From the human T2T-CHM13v2.0 reference genome, Homo sapiens, in assembly GCF_009914755.1 (NCBI RefSeq), contig NC_060930.1: 64,000 nucleotides of DNA; one strand, 5' to 3'. How positions within the stretch are numbered: position 1 is the first letter of the stretch; each line of letters begins with the position of its first letter. Positions 1-12,100 of the stretch are shown here, one piece after another. The notes under the pieces are model-generated. The model was given only the letters and a program-made list of their open reading frames with translations, did not search any database and was not told the origin of the DNA. The position numbers were made by a program, and so were the translations under genes.

Positions 1-290
1 GTTGGATGGGTTAAATACAAGCTCCTGGAACTGCCCCCATCCTGACCTCCAAGCCAAGATAGGAAACCAAAATCAACACCATACTCCTGGGGGAATTACA
101 AAGATCAATGACTCAATCAAAGACAAAAAAATATGTAGTGGGTGATTTCTATCATGTCCTCCTTTAACTCATCTGTTTGGATAACGTGACAGCCACAAGA
201 TTTGGAGAATGACTGTAGATTATTTCAAATCTATTCAGGAGGTAATGCCATCTCAGCTGACAGTCTGGATGTAGCAAATTTACTGGCTCC
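1..290 (+). mobile_element. ERVL-class endogenous retrovirus internal remnant (pol, RT N-terminus)
   Basis: Degenerate match to ERVL pol motifs (LELP...NQ...PGGI..I, SPFNSP.W, WRMTVDY: 'tggagaatgactgtagattat'); frameshifted. Confidence 0.75.
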
Positions 291-341
291 AGTTAGCATT
301 GCCTCTCCTCACCCATGACCAGTATTCTGTTATTTATTTAT

Positions 342-624
342 GACTGGATTCCAGGTCTGGTTGCTACATGTTGGATTGCTCCAGATCTTGTTGCTCCACA
401 TTGGAAGGTTCTCAGTCGTGTTCACCAAGCATCAGTAGGAATAGTAGAGGTAAGTAGGTGCTGAGGCCTTCTGAATCACACCATTGCTACCCTTTGGCTG
501 GTTGTTTTCCTGACACCTCTTAGATTTCATTCTCTGGTTCTGGAACCAGGTCTTAACCTGTTTGTAGCTAAGGCTCAGGATATTGGAAAGTTCTTGCATC
601 TGCTGGAGGCTGAGATATTTCTGT
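342..624 (-). pseudogene. NANOG: Processed NANOG pseudogene fragment, truncated at both ends (one of the NANOGP loci; NANOGP3 is my unverified guess)
   Basis: Minus strand translates [90 protein letters not shown], i.e. NANOG homeodomain helices 2-3 and start of the W-repeat. Runs through the parental KQ|VK and Q|KA exon junctions without introns; premature TGA at 432-434. Confidence 0.95.
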
Positions 625-666
625 TATTATTGGGAAAGAGGAGGAAAACTGGACTATTAAAGACTG

Positions 667-913
667 ACTCCCTGAGCGTGTTATGGAGCACAGCACTTGC
701 CCTCAGCCTTGGACTGCCAGCTCCAGACATTTACAGAGAGAAATAGCCTGTAATCGCAGCACTTTAGGAGGCCAAAGTGGGCAGATCACTTGAGCTCAGG
801 AGTTCAAGACCAGCCTGGGCAATATGGCGAGACCCCGTCTCTACAAAAAAAATACAAAAATTAGCCATGTATGGTGGCACTTGCCTGTAGTCCCAGCTAC
901 TCAGAAAGATGAG
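667..913 (+). repeat. 247-bp inverted duplicate of 5842-6088 (MaLR-like flank plus partial Alu)
   Basis: Base-by-base reverse complement of 5842-6088 with no mismatch or indel seen; flanked by ctggactattaaa repeats at 649, 914 and 930. Confidence 0.95.
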
Positions 914-1039
914 CTGGACTATTAAAGAGCTGGACTATTAAAAAAAAGTCTAAGGCTTTAGGACTTTTTTTCTGGAAGATCTGAGAGAAATATGACCTCC
1001 TGAAGTAAAAGTATCAAGAAGTTGGGATGAAGTGAGTTG

Positions 1040-2650
1040 CCTCTGTAATGGGAGGCAATCAGTTCAGTCCAGCTGGTATTCCTTATGAACAGTTAACAGA
1101 GGAAAAAAAGCTGCACGCCTGGTTATATATGGGCCTTTTTGGTGTGCAGGCACCAGCAGATGCAGATGGCTGTTGCATTTCAGCCTCACTTACAGATGGC
1201 CAAGAAAGTGTAGTGAAGGGATATTTTCCCAAAGGACAAAACTTCAGGTGGCACATTTAGTTGTCCACTTTGCATGGAAAAAGAAATGGCCTGATGTATG
1301 GATCAGTGCTAATTTTTGGGTAATGGCTAATGTACTGGCCCACTTTTCAGAGAAAGAATGAGACTGGAAGACTAGGAGCAAAGAAACCTGGGGGAGAGGT
1401 ATGTAGATTGAATGGGCACAGAGTGTGTTTTTTGATCCCTGTGAGTGCTCACCAAAGGTCAAGCACTGCAGAGGAGTTTCCCAGTAATCAGATGGACAAG
1501 ACAATCCCCATCATGCATGTCAGTTAGCTTCTCTTTCCAGTTATTCTGGTGCTTGCCCAGTGGGAAAGGGTGCCATGCGACCATGGCAACGGGGATGGAG
1601 GCCGTGGACGTCCCCTCACTCAGGTGATCTGGCCACCACAGCTTGAGTGCTTAACCTACCAATAGCAGAGGCCAAAGGTGATCTTGTAATGTTGCATTAT
1701 TCCCTGGAGGGATCACCCAGGCCCCTACGTCAGGTTGATTACATCAGAATCCTCTTATCATGGAGGTGGCATCAACTGGTTCTTAATGAATACACACATA
1801 TTCAGATTATGGATTTACTTTCTGTTCTTATGACGCTTCTTCCAGCATTTGTTGACTTAAAGGTTTATCTTTTATTGTGGTGTCCCACTCAGCATTTGCC
1901 TTGACCAGAGGCACATTTCATGGCCAAGATGTGCAACAATGGGCTTACGCTCTCAGAACATGTTGGTCTAACTGCATGTCTCATCCCTCAGAAGTAGCTA
2001 GCTTGAAAGAATGATGGAAAGACCTACTAAAATTTGAGGTGCTGTTCTAGAGGATGCAGTACATACACGCCTTAATTCTACAGTGGTGACTGCCTTATAG
2101 TCAGGATCCAAGGGTTCGAGAACAAAAAGGTAAGGTAGGAAGGGCCCCTTTCATTATTATTCCTTTCAATACACTTCCAGAACTTCTCCCTTTAATCTTC
2201 ATAACCATGGATTTGGTGGGTTTGGGGGTCCAAGTGCCCAAGGAAGGAATGCTTTTCCATGCTTAACAGTCAGGCAGTCCTGTTAAATGGAAAATTGAGC
2301 CCCGCTGTTTGGCCGTTTTTGGCTCTTGTGCTACTTAACCTAGAGGGAGCTAAAGGGGTGACTCTTACGGACGCATGATAGAAACCAATTAATAATGAGA
2401 AAATGAGTTGTTACCTTACCAGGTAAGGTGTTTGAAACCCAGGGGATTCACTATAGCAATCAGTAAACGCCCCAAAGACTGAGGTATGACAGGAAGGGGG
2501 TTTGGGTCACCCTATCAGGTAAAGAACCCCATCCAGCTAAGGTTTTAGCAGAGGATAAGGGGAACGTGGAATGGGTAGTGGAAGAAAAAAGTCATGATTC
2601 TCAAATTAGAATTTGTAACTGGTTAGAGAATTAAGGAATGTAGCAGCTGT
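1040..2650 (+). mobile_element. ERVL internal remnant (RNase H, integrase, 3' region)
   Basis: ORF fragments PYEQLTEEKK, LQVAHLVVHFAWKKKWPDV and QVDYI, plus degenerate 'DQGTHF' and 'HPEAAGL.E' integrase motifs typical of ERVL pol. Confidence 0.85.
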
Positions 2651-3158
2651 TTTGTGTTAATTGTCTCCCCTACCCCCTTCTCTGTTAATTTTTTTTGCAA
2701 TGTTTTAATAAAATATAATTTATATAACATACAGTTCACCATTTGAAAGTACATAATTTAATGTTTTTTTCTATATTCATAGCACCACCATCTAATTCCT
2801 GCACATTTCCATCATCTCAAGAAGAAACCTCTGTCAGCAGTTATTCTCTATCACCTCTTCCCCCATCTATTGGCTAATGGATTAATCACTAATCTACTTT
2901 TTGTCTGTATGGATTTGCCTATTCTGGACATTTCATATAAATGGAATCATACAATATGTGGCCTTTTGTGTCTGCTGTACTTTAGAACAATGTTTTCAAG
3001 GTTTATCCGTATTGTAGCATGTATTAGTACTTCATGCCTTCTTATGGCTAATATTCCCTTGTATGAATATACCATATCTCGTTTATCAATTTACCAACTG
3101 ATAAACATTAGGGTTGCTTCTACTTTTTCCTATTATAAATAATGCTGCTATAAACATT

Positions 3159-3269
3159 CATGTACAAGTTAGACTTGTCCTACAAAAACTTGTACAAAAC
3201 TTTGTACAAAAACCTGTACAAAACCATGTACAAAAACTTGTAGAAAAACTTCTTGTACATGTACAAGTT
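3159..3269. repeat. 12-bp-unit tandem array (tgtacaaaaact-like) inside L1
   Basis: About 6 degenerate units, bounded by catgtacaagtt at 3159-3170 and 3258-3269. Confidence 0.85.
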
Positions 3270-3597
3270 TCTGTTGACATATGTTTTCTTTTCTTTTGAT
3301 TATATACCTAGAAGTAAAATTTCTGGGTCATGTATTAAGTAGTAATATGTTTAGCGTTTTGAGGAACTCCCAAACAGTTTTCCACAGTTCTACACCACTT
3401 TACATTCCCACCAACAATATACGAGGGTTCCATTTTCTCCACATACTTGTCATCAAAAATTATTATTATTTTTATTATAGCCATCCCAGTGGGTATGAAG
3501 TGACTTCTCATTGTGGTTTTGATCTGCATTTTCCTAACGACTAATGATGTGGAACATCTTTTCATGAGTCTTTTGGCCATTTGTATGTCTTCTTTGA

Positions 3598-3937
<340 letters not shown>

Positions 3938-4873
3938 GGGTTGTCTTTTAAATATTGCATTGTAAGAGGTTTTTTTGTCATGAATTTTGGATACACTAGA
4001 CCCTTAGCAGAGACATGATTTGCAAATATTTGTCTTCTATTCTGTTGGTTGTTTTTTCACTTTCTTGATGGTGTCCTTTGATACTCAGAAGTTTTAAATT
4101 TTGATAAATTCCAGCCAATTTGTCTATTTCTTCTTTGGTTGCTTGTACTTTTAGTATCATATCTAAGAAACCATTGCTTAATCCAAAGTCATAAAGATTT
4201 ACACTTAAGTTTTTTTTAAGAGTTTTATAGTTTTTGCTTTTGATTTAGGTCTTTGATCTATTTTGAGTTAATTCTTGCATATGCTGTGAGATACGGGTAC
4301 AAATTCATTCTTTTAATGTGGATATCCAGTAGTCCCAGCACTATATGTTCAAAAGATAATTCTTCTTTCCCTATTCAATGGTCTTGGGACCCTTGCTGAG
4401 AGTCAGTTAAATATAAATGTATGAGTTTATTTCTGGACTCTCAATTCAATTCCATTGATATCTATCCTTATGCCAGTACCACAATGTCTTGATTACTGTT
4501 GCTTTGCAGTAAGTTTTAAATTTGGGAAACGTGAGTTCTCCAACTTTGTTTTACTTTCTAAGAATTACTATTACTATTTGGCTACTTCTGTTTTTTTTTT
4601 ATTTCTACATGAATTTTAGGATCAGCTTGTCCAGTTTTGCAAAAAAGGCAGTTGGAATTTTGATAGAAATTGCATTGAATTTGTAGATGTTCCTGCTCTT
4701 TTAAACAAAAAGCAAAGTAGTGGCTAAAGTTTAATGGTTTTGGAATATGCCTGAATGACATTACCCTACAGTGATATGTAGCTGATGGGATTTTGTATGT
4801 TCCCTGTGTTGGGGATACAAATTTCTCATCTAAATAAAGGATAAAAGCAGATGTTAAGAAGTAAGCAGGTGGA

Positions 4874-5375
4874 CAGTCCTGGGTATTTTCTACTTTTCAC
4901 TCTATATGCAGGCTGCACCTTTCTCCATCCTGCTCTGGGCCCCAGGAGGCTGACCTTTGTGGACCGCATCAACCAAGCCCCCTTGCTCTCCAGCTTTTGG
5001 TTGGATTCAGCCAATAGGAGGCACCAGGAAGAGACTGGAAAGTAGGAAGAAAGAGAGGTTAAGACATTGCACAAGCTCCCTCTCTGCTGAGGTGAAGTTT
5101 GGCAGTGGCTGTGTTTTTCTCTCAGTAGCACCATTCCTATTGGATCACCCTGTCCTGAAGCAAAAGATCTCTCTGGGTTCTGGTAAACAGTCCATCGACT
5201 TAAAATTTCAGGTGTAAGGGTGCTGGTGGCTTCCTATGGCTAGCCCTGGGGTGCATCATCATCCTTTATCGGTTTCTCCTAACCTTGCCAAAATCTTCAT
5301 AAATAGTCTGTTATTAAACTCCCTTTAATCAGCTGTTTCTAGTGTGCCATCTGCTTCCTATCATCCCTGATAGTC
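4874..5375 (+). mobile_element. LTR33-like ERVL LTR, probable 3' LTR of the 1-2650 provirus
   Basis: 'cctgctctgggccccaggaggctgacc...ccaataggaggcacc' core, attaaa signal, 'gtgtgccatctgcttcct' end, purine tract just upstream. Confidence 0.7.
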
Positions 5376-5574
5376 AAAATGGAAAGATCTGTAAGATATC
5401 TTAAGTCAAAGAGGCAATATGCAGAGCAGTGTAATATGAAATCTGTAATACTCTATTATTTGTAAGAGAAGGAGTAAGGAGAATATATCTTATTTTCTTA
5501 AATATTGTGTTAGGTAGGAATTAGGCTTAGCATTAAATGATAATATCCAAAAAGAACAGTGGCTTTTAAAAGAT

Positions 5575-5669
5575 CTTTCTTTCTTTTCTCCCTTCCTTCC
5601 TTCCTTCCTCTCTTTCTCTCTCTTTCTTTCTTTCTTTCTTTTCTCCCTTCCTTCCTTCCTTCCTCTCTT

Positions 5670-5705
<36 letters not shown>

Positions 5706-5748
5706 CTCCTTCCTTCCTTCCTTCATTTCTTTCTTTCTTTTTTTCTTC
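5575..5748. repeat. Polypyrimidine (TTTC/TTCC/TC)n tract at Alu tail
   Basis: Near-pure pyrimidine run abutting the Alu. Confidence 0.95.
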
Positions 5749-6010
5749 TCAGGATCTTGCTCTGTTGCCCAGGCTGGAGTACAGTGGTGTGATCTTGGCT
5801 CACTGCAACTTCTGCCTCCTGGGCTCCAGTGATCCTCTCACCTCATCTTTCTGAGTAGCTGGGACTACAGGCAAGTGCCACCATACATGGCTAATTTTTG
5901 TATTTTTTTTGTAGAGACGGGGTCTCGCCATATTGCCCAGGCTGGTCTTGAACTCCTGAGCTCAAGTGATCTGCCCACTTTGGCCTCCTAAAGTGCTGCG
6001 ATTACAGGCT
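5749..6010 (-). mobile_element. AluJ-like (donor of the 667-913 duplicate)
   Basis: Reverse Alu lacking its extreme 5' end. Confidence 0.9.
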
Positions 6011-6400
6011 ATTTCTCTCTGTAAATGTCTGGAGCTGGCAGTCCAAGGCTGAGGGCAAGTGCTGTGCTCCATAACACGCTCAGGGAGTTAGTTTCTTTCT
6101 AGTTCACCAGCCCTCCTTCCTTAGGGCAGGTTCTTGTCCTCCAATGTAATGTTACATCCACTCTTCAGGAAGCAGGATGGAATGGAGAAGAAGGGGCAAA
6201 GGGCATGTCCCAAGGAAGGTTCCTGGAAGTTGCCTCATAGCCTGTTTGTCTGTATCCCATCTGGTCACATCTAACTATAAGGGAGCCTGGGGAACATATT
6301 TTTAATTCCTGGCAGCCAGGTGTCCAGCTAAAAATTCTAACACTATTTAAGAAGAGAAGAATGAAAATGGGAAGTAATTAACAGTCTTTGTCACATATGT
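6011..6400. mobile_element. Old MaLR LTR (MLT1J/K-like)
   Basis: 'ggcagtccaaggctg', 'ggtcacatctaactataagggagcctggggaa' resemble MLT1J/K. Confidence 0.55.
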
Positions 6401-6769
6401 GCATTTAAAAGTAACTTGAGAAGAATATCAGGAAACTGTTCTCAGTGGTTATCTGGTGAGGGGGGGGAGGAGGTGGCAGGTGAGAACAAGACAGATGAGG
6501 AAGAATAGTTGCAGAGAGAGTCTTCACTATATCTCTTGCAACATATTTTGACTATGAACCATGGATAGGTATTACCTATTTCTAAACTTAGATTAATTTA
6601 AAATTCTTTCCTAAAGATAAGTAAATAAGATAAGAGAAAATAAAGAAAAAAATATTCCAGCCAGTCTAAACTTTGGTAAGAATAAAAGAGCCATGGAGTT
6701 CAGTGAGCTAATGGCCCCCAACTATAGGGCCATTAATGACCTAATCAGAGGAAGAAGGTATAACCAGGG

Positions 6770-7238
6770 TATATTAGTTTTCTATTGCTGTGTAACAAAT
6801 ACCACAACCTTAGCAGCTCAAAATAACACAAATTTATTATCTCACAGTTTTTGTGTTGGGAGTCTGGTTTTAACTGGGTCCTCTACTCAAGGTCTCATAA
6901 GGCTTAAATTAAGATGTTGTATAGCTGTGCCATCATCAGGAGGTTCAACTAGGGAAAGAGCCACTTCCAAACTCACTTAAATTGTTGGCAGAATACATTT
7001 CCTTGTTGTTGTCAGCTGTAGTCTGGGGACACTCCCAACTGCTAGAGGCTGCCCTCAGGTCCTAGCCACACGGTCCCTCCATTTCAGCAACACGCCTTTG
7101 TCAAATTTTGCTCATACTTTAAATCTCTGTTTTTCCTTCTGTGACCAGCCAAAGAAAACTCACTGCTCTTAAGTGGCTAATATGATTAAGATAGGTACAC
7201 ATACATAGTCTTCCTTTCTTAAAGTTAACTGCGCCCAT
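6770..7238 (-). mobile_element. MaLR LTR (MLT1E/F-like)
   Basis: 'tattagttttctattgctgtgtaacaaataccaca...aatttattatctcacagtt' reverse MLT1 end. Confidence 0.8.
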
Positions 7239-7361
7239 AAAGATCAATGGAATAGAATAGACAGCTCAGAAACAAACCCTCACATATGCAGCCAAATGAT
7301 CTTCAACAGGGGTGCCAAGATCACTCAGTGGGAGAAAGGACAGTCTCTTCAACAAATGGTT
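7239..7361 (+). mobile_element. Short L1 ORF2 fragment
   Basis: DQWNRI...KDSLFNKW motif. Confidence 0.85.
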
Positions 7362-7368
7362 CAAAGAA

Positions 7369-7452
7369 GTTGAACTCCTGACCTCAGGTGATCCGCCCGC
7401 CTCATCCTCCCAAAGAGCTGGGATGAGAGGTGTGAGCCGCCGTGCCAGGCCC
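7369..7452 (-). mobile_element. Alu left-arm fragment
   Basis: 'gaactcctgacctcaggtgatccgcccgcc...gtgagccgccgtgccaggcc'. Confidence 0.9.
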
Positions 7453-7607
7453 AGCCCCACATTATTTACATTCAAATTTCCCACGGACATTGTTTAATCA
7501 TTAAGATCTGGGACAAAGTTAAAAATGCTAGCAACAGCGATTTCAAGTCCTTACCTCTCCCAATTTCCTATGTGTGTTCAAATGATTAACTCTTTAAGAT
7601 ATATTTT

Positions 7608-7916
<309 letters not shown>

Positions 7917-8635
7917 TTAAATTTTCTTTTACTATAAAAATGTTAATGTGCAGAAAAGTAGAGAAAGTCATGTACTGAACCACCAAGTATACATTACCCA
8001 GTAGTTCCAGCATTTATTGAGTGCCTGTGCAAATCATTGTACAAAATATTTGTGAAACACTGTTTTCACTTTATTCTCTCAACAACCTTTTAAAATAAAT
8101 GTCATCTTACTTAACGATAAGATAAATATTATACCTTATGTATGCAGAACATTGAGACTCAAGTTGGGTAAAAAATTGCTCGAGGTTACGCAACTCATAA
8201 TTTGTAGAGCTAGAATTTAATTTTATTTATTTGTTTTCTCTCTTTTTTTCTATCCCATTATTACTCATTTTCCTCCCTAGTCCATTATGCTATTATTGCC
8301 CAATTACATCTTTATATGTTATAAATCCATCAATAGTTTTATAAGTATTACTTTATGCAGTTGTCTTAAATCAGAAAAATTACAAGCAAACACACATTTA
8401 TGCTTTTATAAGTCACCTGTGTAGTTACCCTTATTGCTGCTTTTTATTTCTTTGTGAGGATTCGAGTTACTGTTTAGCATCCTTTCATCTCACTTGTAGG
8501 GCAGTTCTGCCAGCACAGAGCTAGGATTAGAACCAAGGTCTTCTAACTCCAAGTTAAAGACTATTTCTACCACATCTCAGGGGCATGAGAGCCTGTGAGT
8601 TCCAGGACTATCTTTCCATGAGGAGCTCAATTTCA

Positions 8636-8767
8636 TCATTCTGGATATTGGTCCCGCCAGAATTTCTCAACACTCTTATGAATCCTTTTCACCCTTCATT
8701 GCCACAGAAGTTTTAATGAGCAAGCGAGTCGTACTGTTTTCTTGGTTTCTTTTCCGGTATCATATGA
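8636..8767 (-). pseudogene. Candidate terminal coding exon of fossil gene
   Basis: Acceptor ctcattcacctgtag; SYDTGKETKKTVRLACSLKLLWQ*RVKRIHKSVEKFWRDQYPE*. Confidence 0.45.
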
Positions 8768-8820
8768 CTACAGGTGAATGAGATATGGTTAGCAGCAAGC
8801 CAGATGTTAAGAAGCAGTGA

Positions 8821-8903
8821 TCTCATTGTTCAATTCCCACCTATAACTAACCTGCACATTGTGCACATGTACCCTAAAACTTAAAGTACAATTAAAAAAA
8901 AAA
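8821..8903 (+). mobile_element. Minimal L1PA insertion with 5' inversion (twin priming)
   Basis: Inverted 3'UTR piece 8821-8844, then sense L1PA 3' end and A tail; TSD aagaagcagtga at 8809-8820 and 8904-8915 at a TT/AAGA site. Confidence 0.9.
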
Positions 8904-9244
8904 AAGAAGCAGTGAGGCAGGGGAGAGGTGGGAATTGAAACCCACAGTTATGATGTGAGTTCAGGTAGCCAAAGACAAATGGATAATCTAATTATGAATC
9001 TAGTTGTGAGAAAAGCAGTATTTGCTAAACTCAGTAGTGAGATTAGGAACTGAGTCATCAGATCAGAGAGAAGGCAGACCAAAGTGAGCCAAATATAAGC
9101 AAGTAATAATCTCTGAGCATTATAATTCAAAGAGATCTGTGTGTTGGATGACTAGGGCTAGTTCCAGAAATGGCGCATAAAAATTAGTTGCCTTTTGTTC
9201 AATGCTTGCAGCTGTAGGTGGAAGTGTCAGGGCTACGTGTTCAC

Positions 9245-9407
9245 CTGGTAGAAAGTTCTAAACTGGGCATGATCTAGGAAGGGGAAGGAAGCCTCTAGGA
9301 TCCTTCCTCTGAGCCATATCCTTCCCAATGTATTAAATCATTATTTATTTAATTTTGAATAATATATGCAGGGCTTCTCAAGAAGAATGGACATCTTGAA
9401 GTTCCAG
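9245..9407 (-). pseudogene. Candidate fossil exon
   Basis: Acceptor ttttcttctttttaaaattatag, donor CAG|gtgaac; LELQDVHSS*EALHILFKIK / (frameshift) FNTLGRIWLRGRILEASFPFLDHAQFRTFYQ. Confidence 0.5.
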
Positions 9408-9476
9408 CTATAATTTTAAAAAGAAGAAAACTCCCTATAATTTAAGTGTTTAATCCTATTAGTATATTTCAATTAC

Positions 9477-9616
9477 AGCATGTATGAACTCATTTGGAGA
9501 GGACATAAAAAATCTAAGCTTATGGTCTTTATGAGTATGAGACCCATGGTTAATGGGCCTTCTGGTAAAATTCCCTCTCCTCAGCCATACCCTGCAATAG
9601 CTCAGATGTCAGGGAC
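9477..9616 (-). pseudogene. Candidate fossil exon
   Basis: ttttgaatag|G SLTSELLQGMAEEREFYQKAH*... / HKDHKLRFFMSSPNEFIHA|gtaatt; phase fits the 14151-14185 exon. Confidence 0.45.
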
Positions 9617-11659
9617 CTATTCAAAACGTATTGGTTTTATAAAACTGATACATGCTTATCACAAAAAGGGCTACGGAAGAGTATATAGAAGAAAGTTAAA
9701 AAACAAAACCAACAAGCAAAACCCCCACTATCAACTACCCAGAAATAATTGTCATAACATTTGGCAACATCATCCTAGTTCCTAGTGATCTCTCTATGTA
9801 TGTACCCATATTCACACATAGACATAATTCTACAAAAATGGGACCTACTGTAAATGCTTTTTTTAAAAACAAAAAGCATTAAATTTGTCTTTACTTGAAC
9901 TAAACTGGAGAAAAGCTAGTGAAATTGGTAGAATTGCTCAATCTCAGATTAATAAGTTTCTTCACATCAAGCAATTTTATTTTCCTAGAAGATAACTCTA
10001 AAATTTCAAAAGATTTTTTTACTTAAAAAAAAAAAAACCCAATCACCAAAATGCTTCAATTCAAGCAGTATCTATGGATCTGCCTGCACTGAAGGTAAGC
10101 AACATGGCACCATCTTTCTAACCTACCCCTACAACACCATATTTCTGTTAAGTGTATTATTATTTTTTCATTATCAAGATTCATAAATTTACTCTGTCCT
10201 GTAGCCATAATTCTCAGCTTTGCTTTTTCTTTAAGCCATTGAATGTGTTTAATGACCAACCTTCCACTTCCGTGTTTTTAATTTTTCACTTAACAATTGG
10301 CTTGCTGGGTTTTGTTGTTGGATGGCTTTTTCAAAAATAATTCATGAGCACTAAATTTCATGAATTGCTGCTTATTTTAAAGTTTGTTTCCTGCCTTTAT
10401 GTTTCAAGCACAATTAGATGGACACAAAGTTACCCTTTCCTTTCCTCAGAACTTTGTAAGCAGAGCTCCATTGTCTTCTGGCATTGAATGCTGCTGCTGA
10501 GGTGTTGGAGGTCAGGCTCATCTGCACCTCCCTCACAGCCCTTACACTTAGAGGAGCTTTTCTTTTTCTACATGGATGTCCTTAAAGCTTTTAGTTTATT
10601 TCAAGATATGTGTAAGCATTAAATATTCTTTATCAGATTTTCCTGGGAAATTTTTTCTAGTGCTTTGTGTTCTCTTTTTGTTATTAAATCTTTAAGTACA
10701 TTTTCTTTCACTATTTGCTTTTTAAAATTTAAGAATACCCATTATTTTTATATTAGATCGCCTTTGTCTAGATTCCATATTAGTAGTCATCTGTCTAGTA
10801 ATTTTCATCTTTTTTCCATTTCATATTTTAATGTTTGCTCAAGGCTGTCTTTTATCAACTCAATGGTTTTTTGTCATACATATTTTACTTTTGATTACTT
10901 CTGTGGTCTTTAGCTATGAAAAGACTGATGAGCCTCCTGGACTGGCCTCTCAATACGGTGGATATTATCACCATGGGTTCATAGTTTTTGGCTTTGCTCA
11001 TTTTTTTTCTTCCTTAGATCAGCCTCCTTGCTCCATTTCTTGAATGAGTCAACTCATCTCTTACCTCTTCAACAGTGGCAGAAAATTTGGATAGATGTTT
11101 GTAATCCATTACTGATTTCTTGGAAACTTAAGGAATGGGAGAAGTTGCAAGATAGTAGATGAACTGGGGAAGAGAATTCCAAGAAGGAACAGCATGTGAC
11201 GGATACCTGGAGTAGAAAAAAAATAGTGGAGCTTTTGAGGCAATGAGAAAAGGATTATGTGGGTCAGGAAGCACAAGCTTGAAAGACAGCAGTGCTAGGT
11301 AAAGTGAGGGAGGCCAGATAATATAAAAGGCATTTTAGACTATGAAGTTTGGATTACATCCTTAGAGTACTGGGCTGGGGCAAGGTAGAGGAAGTGGTGG
11401 TTACTAAAGAACTTTAAACAAAAAAGGACAAACATTAATGTTTTTTAAAAAAATGATAGCTACGGTCGTAGGGTAGAATGAAGAATAGAAAGTAGAAGAT
11501 CAGTCAAGAAACCCTTAACACCTACTCACAGATGGTGGTTGGTTAGCAAAGGTGTTAAAAACAGGAGGAAGAAACATAGAACTTTTTTAAATGTAGGAAA
11601 CTGGATGTATTAAATATATGTTTGCATCCATACCAGTTTGACTTATTATAGAGAAAACA

Positions 11660-12100
11660 TGAAAGGAATTCAAATGTTTATCAATAGGTGAATTTAAACA
11701 AATTATGATATTTCCATGCAATGGAATACTACTCAGTCACAAAAGGAATGAACTAATAATATACAAAACATAGATGAATCTGAAAATAATTATGGTAAGT
11801 GAAAGAAGAATGAAAAGAAGAGTTTATACTGTAAGATTCTATTTATATAAAATTCTAGAAAATACACACTAAGCTGTCATGATGGAAAGCATATCAGTGG
11901 CTAGTTTGGGGAGTAGGGAGAGGTGGGCCAGAGGGATTACAAAGGAGCATTAGGAAACTTTCGGGGATGATGGAGATGTTTATTATCTTGATTATGGTGG
12001 TAGTTTTGAATGTATACTTGTGTCAAAGCTTATCAAATAATGTACTACAATTATGTACAGTTTATTTCAGTTATACATGAATAAAGCTGTTTTACTATTA
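11660..12100 (+). mobile_element. L1M (MC/ME-like) 3' end
   Basis: 'atggaatactactcag...aaattatggtaagtgaaagaag...atcttgattatggtgg...aataaagctg'. Confidence 0.75.

Noticed and set aside
1048-1904. Cluster of short ORFs resembling a retroviral gene
   Set aside because: Frameshifted ERVL pol fossil; no long intact frame suggesting domestication.
3114-3299. ORF with VQK repeats / CRISPR-like periodicity
   Set aside because: A 12-bp tandem repeat inside an L1 with no spacers; eukaryotic DNA.
5490-5792. Lys/Glu/Arg-rich and Phe/Leu/Ser-rich ORFs
   Set aside because: Translations of the TC-rich simple repeat.
9295-9340. Chromodomain-like peptide LIHWEGYGSEEGS* on the minus strand (Gypsy chromovirus-like)
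   Set aside because: Short and bounded by stops, with no other Gypsy pol motifs nearby. A different frame (FNTLGRIWLRGRILEASFPFLDHAQFRTFYQ) is open up to the splice donor and phase-compatible with the next exon.
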